Assembly (NCBI GenBank): GCA_963702005.1
Contig: OY969696.1
Location: 2,816,001-2,880,000, forward strand
Origin: Candidatus Aminicenantes bacterium
Lineage (GTDB): Bacteria > Acidobacteriota > Aminicenantia > Aminicenantales > JAFGBC01
Direction of reading: 5' to 3'
Length of the DNA: 64,000 bases
Shown: in pieces, positions 1 through 11,102 of the stretch
Layout: every line of letters begins with the position of its first letter
Position numbering within the stretch: position 1 is the first letter of the stretch
Notes under the pieces: generated by a model
The model's database searches: none
Told to the model about the DNA's origin: nothing
Seen by the model: the letters and a program-made list of their open reading frames with translations, nothing else
Translations under genes and position numbers: made by a program

Positions 1-497
1 GCATAGCGAGGCTTCCGGCGGCGCTTCCGGGCCGCCCGGGCCAACCGGACGTTCAGAGGTTCGACCAGGACGCCGCGCGCCTTGAGCCGCTTTAAAACCC
101 GGCCCACCGTCGATGTCGAGACCTGGATCCCCTCTCGCCGTAACAGAACCACCAGCTTGTCCTTGCCCCAACGGGGATATTGATTCCTGAGTTTCAAGAT
201 GCGGTCAGCCACCGGCGCGGGGGTCAGCGGCGTTCGGACATGGATCGGCCGCCGGCTCTCCGCCTCCAGGGTCGTTAAGTCATAGGGGTCGATGCGCCGC
301 CGCCAGCGGTAGAACGTCTGGGGCGAGATCCCGAAGTAACGGCAGGTCCGGCGGGCGTTCCGGCATTGCCGGTAATACTCGAACCAGCGCAGCCGCTTGG
401 CGGCCTCCGCAGAGATCGTCCCCTGACGGACCAGGGACCGAATGTACTCAGAGCCAGGAATAATGGATCCATAGGTCGTGGCCGGCTTCATATACAT
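1..497 (-). CDS. IS481-family transposase, N-terminal part (runs off the window start)
   Basis: Manual translation from ATG at 497: MYMKPATTYGS...KRLRWFEYYRQCRNARRTCRYFGISPQTFYRWRRR...SRRP...ILKLRNQYPRWGKDKL...STSTVGRVLKR. This is the HTH pattern typical of IS481/rve transposases. It is absent from the ORF track because it has no stop in the window. Confidence 0.85.
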   Translation of the reverse strand, partial: MYMKPATTYGSIIPGSEYIRSLVRQGTISAEAAKRLRWFEYYRQCRNARRTCRYFGISPQTFYRWRRRIDPYDLTTLEAESRRPIHVRTPLTPAPVADRILKLRNQYPRWGKDKLVVLLRREGIQVSTSTVGRVLKRLKARGVLVEPLNVRLARAARKRRRKPRY

Positions 498-548
498 GGC
501 GACTCCTATCATAGCCCATAGTGTCACCTATGTATCTGAACGAGTACA
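1..548 (-). mobile_element. IS481-family insertion sequence, left end
   Basis: The minus strand from 548 reads TGTACTCGTTCAGATACATAGGTGACACT. A 5'-TGT end with an internal GACAC motif is typical of IS481 inverted repeats, and it lies 51 bp upstream of the transposase ATG. Confidence 0.8.
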
Positions 549-655
549 CCCCTCGACTTCCCGGCATGAATACCTGGGGCTTATTCGGGGTTAACCCTGA
601 GCCGAGCTTCTTGTCCCCGCCTTTCAAGGCGGGGTAACGTCGGCGAACGGGTCAA
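549..655. repeat. Hairpin-rich MITE or IS200/IS605-end-like remnant
   Basis: Stacked palindromes TCGGGGTTAACCCTGA (585-600) and CCCCGCCTT-TC-AAGGCGGGG (615-634), ending in GGGTCAA at 655. Confidence 0.45.
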
Positions 656-744
656 CCGGATTTCCATTTGACATCGTAATTTTATCTGTGTCAATATGAA
701 GGCACTGTAGACCGGTACGATCCCCTTTTGAGGAGGGAGGATCC

Positions 745-2586
745 ATGAGAAGGAAGGTCCTGATTGTCGTCGCTGTCGGACTGTGTCTGGCGATCTCCTA
801 TCCGTGTCTGGCCCAGATGTCGGCTCAAACGGTCGAATCCAACCGCATCCTGAACCAGAACCAGAACGGCGTCGTCACACTCATCGCCTACTCCTCCGCC
901 AAATCGGAGATCGCGCGCGGTACGGGCTACGCCGTCAACGAGCGGTACATCGCCACGAATTACCACCTCGTCAGTCTCGCCGCCAGTATGGACGCCGTCA
1001 ATATCAAGGGCAAAAAATTCAAGGTCGATGGGGTGATCGCCCTCAACCGGGAATTCGACATCGTCCTGATTCGGATCAAGGGGACGATTCCCGTCCTGAC
1101 TCTGGGGAGCTCCGACGCATTGGCATCGGGCAACAGGATCTTCGCCATCGGATCGGATGCGAACTCAACCCTGGTCATCCAGGAAGGAACCATCCGGGAT
1201 AACCTGGCCATGGGCGCGGGGAAGAACGTCTTCACCGTGAACTTGGACATGCCTGAAACCTTCTCGGGGGGACCCGTCTTCGGCATCAACGAACAAATCA
1301 TCGGGATGATGTGCGTCCTGGACCGGGGATTGAAGTTCATGATCCCGATCAATGCGGTCCGGACCATGAGCCTTCAGGGACGGGTCGTTCCTCTCGAAGA
1401 ATGGACGCCCGAAGACTACCTCATGAACCTGGACGGCGCGTACCTGGCGGGCCGGATCGCCTATTTCACGGACGATTCGGCGCGCGCCCTGCGGCATCTT
1501 GAGAAAGCGGCCAGCCTTAATCCCCAGCTGATCGACGCCCAGGCCTACCTGGCATCCGTCCTGGCCAAGAACAGGGACTTTCAGGGGGCGATCCTTGCCT
1601 ACAACAAGGTCATCGAGCAGTCTCCGAACAACGTCCAGGCCCTTACCGGATTGGGCCAAGTCTACATCCGGCTCCAGCAGTTCAGCGAGGCGGTGGGCGT
1701 CCTGGAGAGGGCCGCCCGGCTCAACCCCAACGACAAGGAGCTCTACTACAGCCTCGGACAGGCTTACGAGCAGACCAAGGACTTCGTCAAGGCCGCAGAC
1801 GCCTACGGAAAATACATCCAATCCCAACCCCCGGACGCCTGGACGGGATACCTGCAGCTGGGCCTTTGCTACATCGAGCTCAACCAGTACGACATGGCCA
1901 TTCAAGCCCTGCTCGAGGCCGCCAAAACCCAGCCCCAGGACATCAAGACCAACTACACATTGGCCATGGCCTACCAGAAATCGGGTCAGCAGGCCAAGGC
2001 CGAGGAGATCTACAAGAACCTGGCCCTCCTCAACCCCCAGGAAGCCACCACCTACTACAGCATGATCGTCAAGATGTACGACGACGCCGGCAGCTACGCC
2101 AAGGCCGTCGAAGCGGCCCAGAAGGTCGTCGAGCTCACACCCAAAAACGAGCTGGCCGTCTACAACCTCGGCATCATGTATTTTAAGATGAACCGCTTCG
2201 ACGAGGCCATCCAGTCCTTCCGTGACGTCCTGGCCATCAGGCCCAATGCCGCCGAGGCTTGGTACCAGATCGGCTTCAGCTTCTCCAAGCAGAATAAGGT
2301 CAAGGAATCCATCGACGCCTTCAAGCAGTACGCGACGATGCGCCCCGACGACATCTACGGCTGGCTCAATATCGGAGTCGGCTATATGCTGCTCAAGGAC
2401 TTCGAATCAGCCCTCGAGCCTCTCCGTAAATGCGTGGAAATCAAGCCCGACTACGGAGTCGCCCTCTACAACCTAGCCATCGTCTACCTCAACCTCAACG
2501 ATAGTTTCAGCGCTCGGGACGTCTACAACAATCTGGTTCGCGTCGACCCAGACTTGGCCGCTAAGCTCAAGAAACTGCTGAAATAA
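745..2586 (+). CDS. Secreted trypsin-like serine protease with TPR repeats
   Basis: Signal peptide; catalytic triad motifs ATNYH, DIVLI and FSGGP; a long C-terminal TPR array; SD GGAGG. Confidence 0.85.
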   Translation: MRRKVLIVVAVGLCLAISYPCLAQMSAQTVESNRILNQNQNGVVTLIAYSSAKSEIARGTGYAVNERYIATNYHLVSLAASMDAVNIKGKKFKVDGVIALNREFDIVLIRIKGTIPVLTLGSSDALASGNRIFAIGSDANSTLVIQEGTIRDNLAMGAGKNVFTVNLDMPETFSGGPVFGINEQIIGMMCVLDRGLKFMIPINAVRTMSLQGRVVPLEEWTPEDYLMNLDGAYLAGRIAYFTDDSARALRHLEKAASLNPQLIDAQAYLASVLAKNRDFQGAILAYNKVIEQSPNNVQALTGLGQVYIRLQQFSEAVGVLERAARLNPNDKELYYSLGQAYEQTKDFVKAADAYGKYIQSQPPDAWTGYLQLGLCYIELNQYDMAIQALLEAAKTQPQDIKTNYTLAMAYQKSGQQAKAEEIYKNLALLNPQEATTYYSMIVKMYDDAGSYAKAVEAAQKVVELTPKNELAVYNLGIMYFKMNRFDEAIQSFRDVLAIRPNAAEAWYQIGFSFSKQNKVKESIDAFKQYATMRPDDIYGWLNIGVGYMLLKDFESALEPLRKCVEIKPDYGVALYNLAIVYLNLNDSFSARDVYNNLVRVDPDLAAKLKKLLK

Positions 2587-2638
2587 CGAGGACACCGCCG
2601 GCGGAGAAGGGGAGGCGCTTGCGACGCTCCCGGCCTCG

Positions 2639-2667
2639 TTGACAAGGCCGCGGCCCTGTGCTATGGT
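2639..2667 (+). promoter_or_regulatory. sigma70 promoter for tRNA-Leu/tig
   Basis: TTGACA-17 bp-TATGGT with an extended -10 TG. Confidence 0.65.
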
Positions 2668-2740
2668 AAGACTTCAGCTCCGATCCGCGCGAGTGCGTCC
2701 CCGTTTGATATGCTCAGGGTCCTCTCCCGCAGCCAAGAAC

Positions 2741-2825
2741 GGGCAGGTGGCGGAATTGGCAGACGCGCTAGGCTTAGGACCTAGTTCCTGATGAAGGAGT
2801 GCGGGTTCGAGTCCCGCTCTGCCCA
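2741..2825 (+). tRNA. tRNA-Leu(TAG)
   Basis: Acceptor stem GGGCAGG/TCTGCCC, D-arm TGGCGGAATTGGCAGACGC, anticodon arm CTAGG-CTTAGGA-CCTAG, long variable arm and GGTTCGAGTCC T-loop. CCA is not encoded directly after the discriminator. Confidence 0.95.
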
Positions 2826-2874
2826 CTCCAGACCCCCGAGAGCTGATGAATGCGCGCCAGAGGAATAAAGCTCC

Positions 2875-4167
2875 ATGACGACCCCTAACGAACCTCAAAG
2901 CCGGAGTCAGGCCTTCCGGATGGTCGGCGATACGGGCCGGGAGCTGGACATCGAAATTCCGGCCGTGGAAGCCGGCCGGGAGTTTGAAGCGACCCTGGAC
3001 CGGACCGCCGCCAGAGCCAAGCTCGACGGGTTCCGAGCCGGCCGGGCGCCCCGGGACATGGTTAAACGCATGCTCTACGACGACATCCGCCACTCCGTCA
3101 TCGACGCCCTGGCTCCCCGGGCCGTCCATGAGGAACTGCGCGCCCGAAGCCTTTCTCCGCTTCAGCCTCCCGTCATCCACGACATCCATTACCAAGAAGG
3201 AGAGACCCTCCGCTTCACGGCCTCTTTCGAAGTCTGGCCCGATTTCGATCTGCCGGACTACCGGACGACCAAGGTCCGGAAAAAAGCCCTGCCCGTCGAA
3301 GACAAGGACGTCGAAGAAACCCTCGCCTCCCTCCGTCAAAGGGCGGCCGCGTATGTCCCCGTCGAGGACAGGGGCGCCGCCGAAGGCGACTACGTCGCGG
3401 CCGAGATCAAGGGCCGGGACTTGGCAACCAAGAGGTTCTTTCCGACCGAAAAGGCCGTTGTCATGGCCGGGCACCCCGACAATGAACCCTGGCTGAACGA
3501 GCATCTGACGGGACTGGGGATCGGGGAAGAGAGGACCTTCCAGGTCCGCTATCCCTCCGACCACCCCAACCGGAAGCTGGCCGGCAAAGAAGTCGAATAC
3601 AGCCTCAAGGCGATATCCATCAAGGCCCAAAAGCTCCCCGAGCTCGACGACGATTTTGCCCGGAGCCTGGGGGACTACGCCGGCCTTGAGGACCTGAAAA
3701 CACGGATCCGGAACGAGATCCAGTCCAGTCGGGACGTTCAAACCCGGCGCGAGGCGGCCGATGAGATTCTCCAGGCCATCGCGGACAAGGCGACCCTCCC
3801 GCTTCCCGAGAACCTGGTCCGCCATGAAGCGGAAAACGTCCTCAGAGAATTCGTCTCGACGCCGTCCGGCGAGCCGGCCAAGATTCGGCCGGCCGACATT
3901 GAGGCGCTCCGCGCCGAGGCCCTTAAGCGCGCCGAGCGTAAAGTCCGGAACCATATGATTCTCATGAAAATCGCCCAGACCGAGAAGCTGGCCGTGAGCG
4001 AGGAAGAAACGGACGACGAAATACGCCGCCTGGCCCAGTCTAATAATGTCCCTTTCCTGAGGCTCAGGGAGACGTTCGACCAGGAGGGACGGCGCGAGGA
4101 GCTTCAGACCAGCCTCCTCCTGAAGAAGTCCATTGACTTTTTAGCCCGGTCGGCTATAATGGAGTAA
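2875..4167 (+). CDS. tig: Trigger factor
   Basis: GFRAGRAP ribosome-binding motif, FKBP-like middle domain, and canonical position before clpP. Confidence 0.92.
   Translation: MTTPNEPQSRSQAFRMVGDTGRELDIEIPAVEAGREFEATLDRTAARAKLDGFRAGRAPRDMVKRMLYDDIRHSVIDALAPRAVHEELRARSLSPLQPPVIHDIHYQEGETLRFTASFEVWPDFDLPDYRTTKVRKKALPVEDKDVEETLASLRQRAAAYVPVEDRGAAEGDYVAAEIKGRDLATKRFFPTEKAVVMAGHPDNEPWLNEHLTGLGIGEERTFQVRYPSDHPNRKLAGKEVEYSLKAISIKAQKLPELDDDFARSLGDYAGLEDLKTRIRNEIQSSRDVQTRREAADEILQAIADKATLPLPENLVRHEAENVLREFVSTPSGEPAKIRPADIEALRAEALKRAERKVRNHMILMKIAQTEKLAVSEEETDDEIRRLAQSNNVPFLRLRETFDQEGRREELQTSLLLKKSIDFLARSAIME
4133..4160 (+). promoter_or_regulatory. Internal sigma70 promoter for clpP-clpX-lon
   Basis: TTGACT-16 bp-TATAAT within the 3' end of tig. 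Confidence 0.6.
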
Positions 4168-4180
4168 CCAAGCCTTTGCC

Positions 4181-4780
4181 ATGACTTTCATCCCCTTTGT
4201 CGTCGAGCAGGACGGGAGAAGTGAACGCGCCTACGATATTTACTCACGGCTCCTCAAGGATCACATCGTTTTTCTGGGGACCGAGATCAACGATGAGATG
4301 GCCAATTCCGTCATCGCCCAACTCCTCTACTTGGAGGCCGAAAAACCCGAGAAGGAAATCTCGCTTTACATCAATTCGCCCGGCGGAAGCGTCACGGCCG
4401 GGCTGGCCATTTATGACACCATGCAATTTATAAATTCTTCAATATCAACTATATGCGTAGGTCAAGCGGCCAGCATGGCCGCCGTCCTCCTCGCGGCCGG
4501 GACTCCCGGGAAGCGCTATTCCCTGCCCAACTCCCGCGTCATCCTTCACCAGCCGATCGGCGGATTTCACGGGCAGGCCTCCGACGTGGCCATCCACGCC
4601 AAGGAAATGCTCAGAGTCCGGGAGCATATCAACGCGATTCTCAACCGGCACACACGGCAGCCCCTGGACAGGATCCAGGCGGACATCGAACGGGACTTCA
4701 TCATGACGGCCGCCCAGGCACTGGACTATGGTCTGATCGATCATATCATCGTCCGCCGGGCAGCCGGGGTGAATCCTTAG
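4181..4780 (+). CDS. clpP: ATP-dependent Clp protease proteolytic subunit
   Basis: [21 protein letters not shown] (catalytic Ser) and HQP (catalytic His). Confidence 0.97.
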   Translation: MTFIPFVVEQDGRSERAYDIYSRLLKDHIVFLGTEINDEMANSVIAQLLYLEAEKPEKEISLYINSPGGSVTAGLAIYDTMQFINSSISTICVGQAASMAAVLLAAGTPGKRYSLPNSRVILHQPIGGFHGQASDVAIHAKEMLRVREHINAILNRHTRQPLDRIQADIERDFIMTAAQALDYGLIDHIIVRRAAGVNP

Positions 4781-4815
4781 GATCTTTCACAGGGTCCCGA
4801 CGGACTCAAACGAAC

Positions 4816-6069
<1,254 letters not shown>

Positions 6070-6071
6070 CC

Positions 6072-8516
6072 ATGCCGGACGCCAACGAACACGCCGAAGT
6101 CATCCGCAACATACCCTTGATTCCGCTCCGGGACCTCGTCGTCTTTCCCTCAACCCTGGTCCCGTTCATTATCGGCCGGCCTTCCTCGGTCCAGGCCCTG
6201 GAGAAAGCCATCGAGAAGGACGGGATGATCTTCCTCTCGGCCCAAATGGACCCCAACATCAACAACCCCTCGCCCAAGGATATTTATTCACTGGGGGTCA
6301 CCGCTAAAATCATCCGGACGGCCAAGTCCGACGACCAGAACATGAAGGTCATCGTCGAGGGAAAGCGGCGGGCCAGGGTCATCGAATACCTGGCGACCAT
6401 CCCCTTCTACCAGGTCCTGGCCAAGATCGTCAAGGACGTCGAGGACCACGGCCCCGAGTCCAAGGAGCTCCAGAAGCGCGTCCTGGCCCTGTTCGAGGAG
6501 TATCTCAAGGTCCACCAGAGCGCCAACGTGGACTCGATCGTGGCCGCCCTGAAGGACAACAGCCCGGAGAGGGTCTCCGACATCATCGCCTCCCATCTCT
6601 ATCTCTCCCTGGACGAGAAACAGAACATCCTGGAAACGGTCAACAGCCTGGAGCGTTTGCGTCGTCTCAACTTCGTCCTGGAGAATGAACTCCTCAAACT
6701 CCGCTCCCGCTTCAAGCCCGAGATGCCCAAGGGAGCCCGCCGCAAGACGGCCATCTACGGCGACCAGGGCCAAAAGGTCTATCCGGCCGGCCTCAATTAT
6801 CGGAAGGAAGACCAGCCCAACGAGGTTGAGGAGCTCAAGCAGAAAATCGCCAAGGCCGCCCTGCCGCCCGACGCCCAGGAGAAGGCCCATAAAGAGATCG
6901 AGCGGCTCGAAACGATGCCACCCATGTCGGCCGAGGCCACGGTCTGCCGCAACTATCTGGATTGGCTCATCTCCCTGCCCTGGAACAAGAAATCCAGGGA
7001 GAAACGGGATCTCAAGGAAGCCGAGCGAATCCTCAACGAGGATCATTTCGGACTGGAGAAGGTCAAGGAACGGATTCTCGAATACCTGGCCATCCGGCAG
7101 CTCGTCAAGCAGCCCAAGGGCGTCATCCTGGGGTTCCTGGGCGCGCCCGGAGTCGGTAAGAGCTCGTTGGGGAAATCGATCGCCCGGGCGACCGGCCGCC
7201 GCTTCGTCCGCCTCTCCCTGGGCGGCGTCCGGGACGAGGCCGAGATCCGGGGCCATCGCCGGACCTACATCGGCGCCTACCCGGGCCGGATCATCCAAAT
7301 GATCAAGCGGGCCGGGACGAAGAACCCCGTCTTTCTCCTGGACGAGGTCGATAAAATGAGCATGGACTTCCGGGGCGACCCGGCCTCGGCCCTGATGGAG
7401 GTTCTCGACCCCGAGCAGAACAACGCCTTTCTCGACCATTATATCGACACCGATTTCGACCTGTCCCAGATCATGTTCATCGTCACCGCCAACCAGCTCG
7501 AGCCCATCCCTAGGCCCCTGGTCGACCGGATGGAGATCATCCGCCTTCCCGGCTACACCGAGGACGAAAAACTTCAAATTGCCAAGCGCTTCCTGGTCCC
7601 CAAGCAGATGAAGTCCCATGGACTCGCCAAGACCGCCCTCCGGCTGACCGACCCGGCCCTCCACAAAATCATCCGGGATTACACCAAGGAAGCCGGCGTC
7701 CGGAACTTGGAACGGGAGATCACGTCGGTCTGCCGCAAGGTCGTGAAGCGCGTCGTCACCAAGGGCAAGGACCACAAGGAAAAAGTCACGCCGCGCAACC
7801 TCGAGGCCTACCTGGGCATTCCCAAGTTCCGCCGCTCCGAGATCGACAAGAAAGACGAGGTGGGGGTCGCGATCGGGATGGCCTGGACAGAAACGGGAGG
7901 CGAGCTCCTGACCTTCGAGGCCACCAAGATCTACGGCAAGGGGAATTTCACCTTGACCGGCCAGCTGGGCGAGATCATGCAGGAGTCGGCCCAGGCCGCC
8001 TTCAGCTTCGTCCGGGGCAAGATCTTCGAGCTCAACTTCGCCCGGGACCTCCACAAAAACTTCGACATCCATATCCACGTCCCCGAGGGCGCCACTCCCA
8101 AGGAAGGCCCCTCGGCCGGGATCACGATCGCCACCTCGATCATTTCTCTCCTGACCGAGATTCCGGTCATCAAGAAGATCGCCATGACCGGCGAAATAAC
8201 CCTGAAGGGCAAGGTCCTTCCCGTGGGCGGCATCAAGGAAAAGCTCCTGGCGGCCCATCGGGAGGGGTTCCGGGAGGCCATCATCCCCCTCGATAACCGG
8301 GCCGACCTCAAGGATATGCCCAAGGTCCTCAAGCAGGAGATGACCATCCACCTCGTCGAGAACATGGACGAGGTCCTCAAGCTGGCCCTGACTAAAGACC
8401 TGGCCTCGGCTCATCTGGCCAAGGGGCCCGGGCCGGAAGAGGCCGGCAAGGAGGCTTCCTCGAACGCCGGAGAAGGGGAGGGGGCGGATACGCCCGAACC
8501 TACTTTAACTCATTGA
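6072..8516 (+). CDS. lon: Lon protease
   Basis: LON N-domain, GAPGVGKS, DEVDK and PKEGPSAG (catalytic Ser). Confidence 0.97.
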   Translation: MPDANEHAEVIRNIPLIPLRDLVVFPSTLVPFIIGRPSSVQALEKAIEKDGMIFLSAQMDPNINNPSPKDIYSLGVTAKIIRTAKSDDQNMKVIVEGKRRARVIEYLATIPFYQVLAKIVKDVEDHGPESKELQKRVLALFEEYLKVHQSANVDSIVAALKDNSPERVSDIIASHLYLSLDEKQNILETVNSLERLRRLNFVLENELLKLRSRFKPEMPKGARRKTAIYGDQGQKVYPAGLNYRKEDQPNEVEELKQKIAKAALPPDAQEKAHKEIERLETMPPMSAEATVCRNYLDWLISLPWNKKSREKRDLKEAERILNEDHFGLEKVKERILEYLAIRQLVKQPKGVILGFLGAPGVGKSSLGKSIARATGRRFVRLSLGGVRDEAEIRGHRRTYIGAYPGRIIQMIKRAGTKNPVFLLDEVDKMSMDFRGDPASALMEVLDPEQNNAFLDHYIDTDFDLSQIMFIVTANQLEPIPRPLVDRMEIIRLPGYTEDEKLQIAKRFLVPKQMKSHGLAKTALRLTDPALHKIIRDYTKEAGVRNLEREITSVCRKVVKRVVTKGKDHKEKVTPRNLEAYLGIPKFRRSEIDKKDEVGVAIGMAWTETGGELLTFEATKIYGKGNFTLTGQLGEIMQESAQAAFSFVRGKIFELNFARDLHKNFDIHIHVPEGATPKEGPSAGITIATSIISLLTEIPVIKKIAMTGEITLKGKVLPVGGIKEKLLAAHREGFREAIIPLDNRADLKDMPKVLKQEMTIHLVENMDEVLKLALTKDLASAHLAKGPGPEEAGKEASSNAGEGEGADTPEPTLTH

Positions 8517-8616
8517 TTATCAATTGGTTGTAAAGAATAGGCGAGCCGTCGGCTTCGTTTCCCGAACAAAGGACCGGCGTGTCTAAGCCGAATTCAGCGA
8601 CAAAGAGGTAAAAGAC

Positions 8617-9897
8617 ATGAAAGAGTACACACTCCTCGAGCTCGAAGAAAAAGAACTGACCCAGCTGACCAAGGTCGCCGCGGGGCTCGGCCTGAGCGAG
8701 GAAGATATCAAAGAGGCGTCCAAGCACAACCTTACTTTCAAAATTCTCGAGGCCCAAGCCAAAAAGCAGGGCTTGCTTTTTTCCGAAGGCGTCTTGGAAT
8801 GCCTCGAGGACGGGTTCGGTTTCCTGCGGGCGCCCGAGTTCAGCTATCTGCCCAGTCAGGATGACATCTATGTCTCGCCCTCCCAGATCCGCAAGTTCCA
8901 GCTGCGGACCGGCGACACGATCTCGGGCCACGTCCGGCCCCCCAAGAACGGCGAGAAGTACTTCGCCTTGATCAAGATCGAGGCCATCAATTTCCTCCAT
9001 CCCGACGCCGTCATCGAGCAGCGGCGCAACGTCCAGTTCGAGCAGCTGACGCCGCTTTACCCGCACGAAAAGATCAAGCTCCAGGACGGGAATCCCAAGA
9101 ACCTGAACGCCCGGATCATGGAGCTCCTGACGCCGATCGGCAAGGGGCAGCGCGGCCTGATCGTCTCGCCGCCCCGGGCCGGCAAGACGACCCTCCTCAA
9201 AACGATCGCCAAGTCGATCGAGAAAAACCACCCCGAAATCTACCTGATCGTGCTCCTGGTCGCCGAGCGGCCCGAGGAAGTCACGGACTTCAAGCGGAGC
9301 GTCAACGGGGAGGTCGTCGCCTCAACCTTCGACGAGCCCCCGGTCCGGAACGTCCAGGTCGCCAACATCGTCCTCGAAAAGGCCAAGAGGCTGGTCGAGC
9401 TTAAGCGCGACGTGACCATCCTCCTCGACAGCATCACCCGCCTGGCCCGCGCCCACAACTCGGTCATCCCGCCCTCGGGCAAGGTCCTGTCGGGCGGCAT
9501 CGACGCCAACGCCCTCAACAAGCCCAAGAAATTTTTCGGCTCGGCCCGCAAGGTCGAGGAGGGCGGCAGCCTGACCATCATGGCGACGGCCCTGGTCGAC
9601 ACCGGGAGCCGGATGGATGAGGTCATTTTTGAAGAGTTCAAGGGCACCGGCAATATGGAGATCAACCTCGACCGGCGCCTGGTCGACAAGCGACTCTTCC
9701 CGGCCATCGACATCACCCGGTCGGGAACCCGCAAGGAAGAGCTCCTGATCGAGGAGGTCGACCTGAACCGGATCTGGATCCTCCGCAAGGTTCTGGCTTC
9801 GCTCGGCGAGGTCGAGGCCATGGAGCTCCTTCAGGAGAAAATAGGCAAGACCAAGACCAACACCGATTTCCTTAACGCCATGAGCAAGGGGCTTTGA
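8617..9897 (+). CDS. rho: Transcription termination factor Rho
   Basis: [26 protein letters not shown] and EEFKGTGN. Confidence 0.97.
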   Translation: MKEYTLLELEEKELTQLTKVAAGLGLSEEDIKEASKHNLTFKILEAQAKKQGLLFSEGVLECLEDGFGFLRAPEFSYLPSQDDIYVSPSQIRKFQLRTGDTISGHVRPPKNGEKYFALIKIEAINFLHPDAVIEQRRNVQFEQLTPLYPHEKIKLQDGNPKNLNARIMELLTPIGKGQRGLIVSPPRAGKTTLLKTIAKSIEKNHPEIYLIVLLVAERPEEVTDFKRSVNGEVVASTFDEPPVRNVQVANIVLEKAKRLVELKRDVTILLDSITRLARAHNSVIPPSGKVLSGGIDANALNKPKKFFGSARKVEEGGSLTIMATALVDTGSRMDEVIFEEFKGTGNMEINLDRRLVDKRLFPAIDITRSGTRKEELLIEEVDLNRIWILRKVLASLGEVEAMELLQEKIGKTKTNTDFLNAMSKGL

Positions 9898-9915
9898 GGA
9901 GGGGAGGGGCTCCGG

Positions 9916-10860
9916 TCAGGAAGAATCCCTCGGGCCCGCCCTCCGCACAAAAAGGGACAGTTTCGCGGAGAGCATCTCCAAACACTCGGAAAGGCCGAAA
10001 AACTGGATCAAGCCCAGGCGGGAAAGCTTCAAGCGGAGCGGCCGGGGAAGCGTCCGGGGCGTCAATCCTTTTCGGAGGGACTCGGTCTCCTCATCCTCAA
10101 AAAAGATTTTCTCCTCCACGGCCAATCCCCGGAATCCGGCGTTTTCCGGGCAGGCGTCCTGGCATCGCAGGCACCCGATCAGACAATCGATCCAATCGGA
10201 ATTTAGCCAGGCGGGGAATTCCTGGGGCCCGCTGTAGCCGCTGTAGAAGGTCAGGCAGCGATCCTGGCGGAGCGGGAAGCGGTCCTTGCTGATGGCGCCG
10301 CTGGGGCACGCTTTCAGACAAGCCGTACAGCGCCGACAGCGCTCCATGAGGACGGGATCCCGCCAGATTTCATCCTCAGCCAAAGGCCTGTCCGAATAAT
10401 AGCTGACAAGCATGTGATGGCTTCCCAGGTCCGGGAGGTAGCAGATGTTGTTGCGTCCGTAGAAGCCTAGGCCGCTGCGTACGGCCAGGAGCTTCTGCGG
10501 GACGCGGGCGAAGACGGCCCGCTGCCCGGACGCCTTAAGGATGGCGTTCAGTTCCGATTCGACCTTCTTGGTCGTTTCCCAGTATCGGATATAGGAAGGC
10601 GGCACCCTCAAACGAAGAACCCGGCCGTTCCAGCGAAAGACGATGACCGATGGAGAATGCGGAACGGCGGCGATCACGAGGGACCGAGGCTTGAGTTTTT
10701 TTGGAGGGCAAGGACATCCTAATATGCGGGCGTAAGAACGAAAAATGAGGTCGGAAAGCCCATCCTGGCTGTGGAGGGATGCGACCTCATCTTTCAAGTC
10801 TTTACGGCGATCGGCGCGAACCATTCGATGTCGATATCCGAAACCTTTGACCTGATCCAC
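9916..10860 (-). CDS. QueG-like 2x[4Fe-4S] (probably cobalamin-binding) reductase
   Basis: SGLGFYGRNN, CRRCTACLKACP and GCLRCQDACP motifs of the epoxyqueuosine reductase/dehalogenase fold. Confidence 0.7.
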   Translation of the reverse strand: MDQVKGFGYRHRMVRADRRKDLKDEVASLHSQDGLSDLIFRSYARILGCPCPPKKLKPRSLVIAAVPHSPSVIVFRWNGRVLRLRVPPSYIRYWETTKKVESELNAILKASGQRAVFARVPQKLLAVRSGLGFYGRNNICYLPDLGSHHMLVSYYSDRPLAEDEIWRDPVLMERCRRCTACLKACPSGAISKDRFPLRQDRCLTFYSGYSGPQEFPAWLNSDWIDCLIGCLRCQDACPENAGFRGLAVEEKIFFEDEETESLRKGLTPRTLPRPLRLKLSRLGLIQFFGLSECLEMLSAKLSLFVRRAGPRDSS

Positions 10861-11006
10861 GGCGCTGTACCCTTATTTTTTAATGGTTCCCGTAAATCAT
10901 AAGGGAATTTTCCACAGCTGACAAGATCTTAGGCATGGGTATATTCACAAGGAGTGAAAATCGCTATCTGATTTAGAAATAAGGCTTTGGCGAAAGCAGT
11001 AAAATA

Positions 11007-11034
11007 ACGTCGCATAAGGATTATTATGTAAACT
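11007..11034 (+). other. dif site (XerC/XerD recombination site)
   Basis: ACGTCGCATAA-GGATTA-TTATGTAAACT matches the 11-6-11 dif architecture (E. coli GGTGCGCATAA-TGTATA-TTATGTTAAAT) and lies in an AT-rich intergenic region. Confidence 0.85.
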
Positions 11035-11102
11035 ATTCAATTTTTTACCAAGACACCTTAAATAATTAATTCAATTTGAATAAGTGCGTTAGAAAACCAG
11101 TG

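Noticed and set aside
2826-2874. Integrative element at tRNA-Leu
   Set aside because: No integrase or duplicated tRNA 3' end was seen, and tig follows directly in the canonical arrangement.
6288-8414. Long antisense ORFs (e.g. 6288-8414, 33935-36364, most of 35902-38208, 53995-55488, 25665-27017)
   Set aside because: They are shadow frames opposite well-supported genes in high-GC DNA and carry no recognisable motifs.
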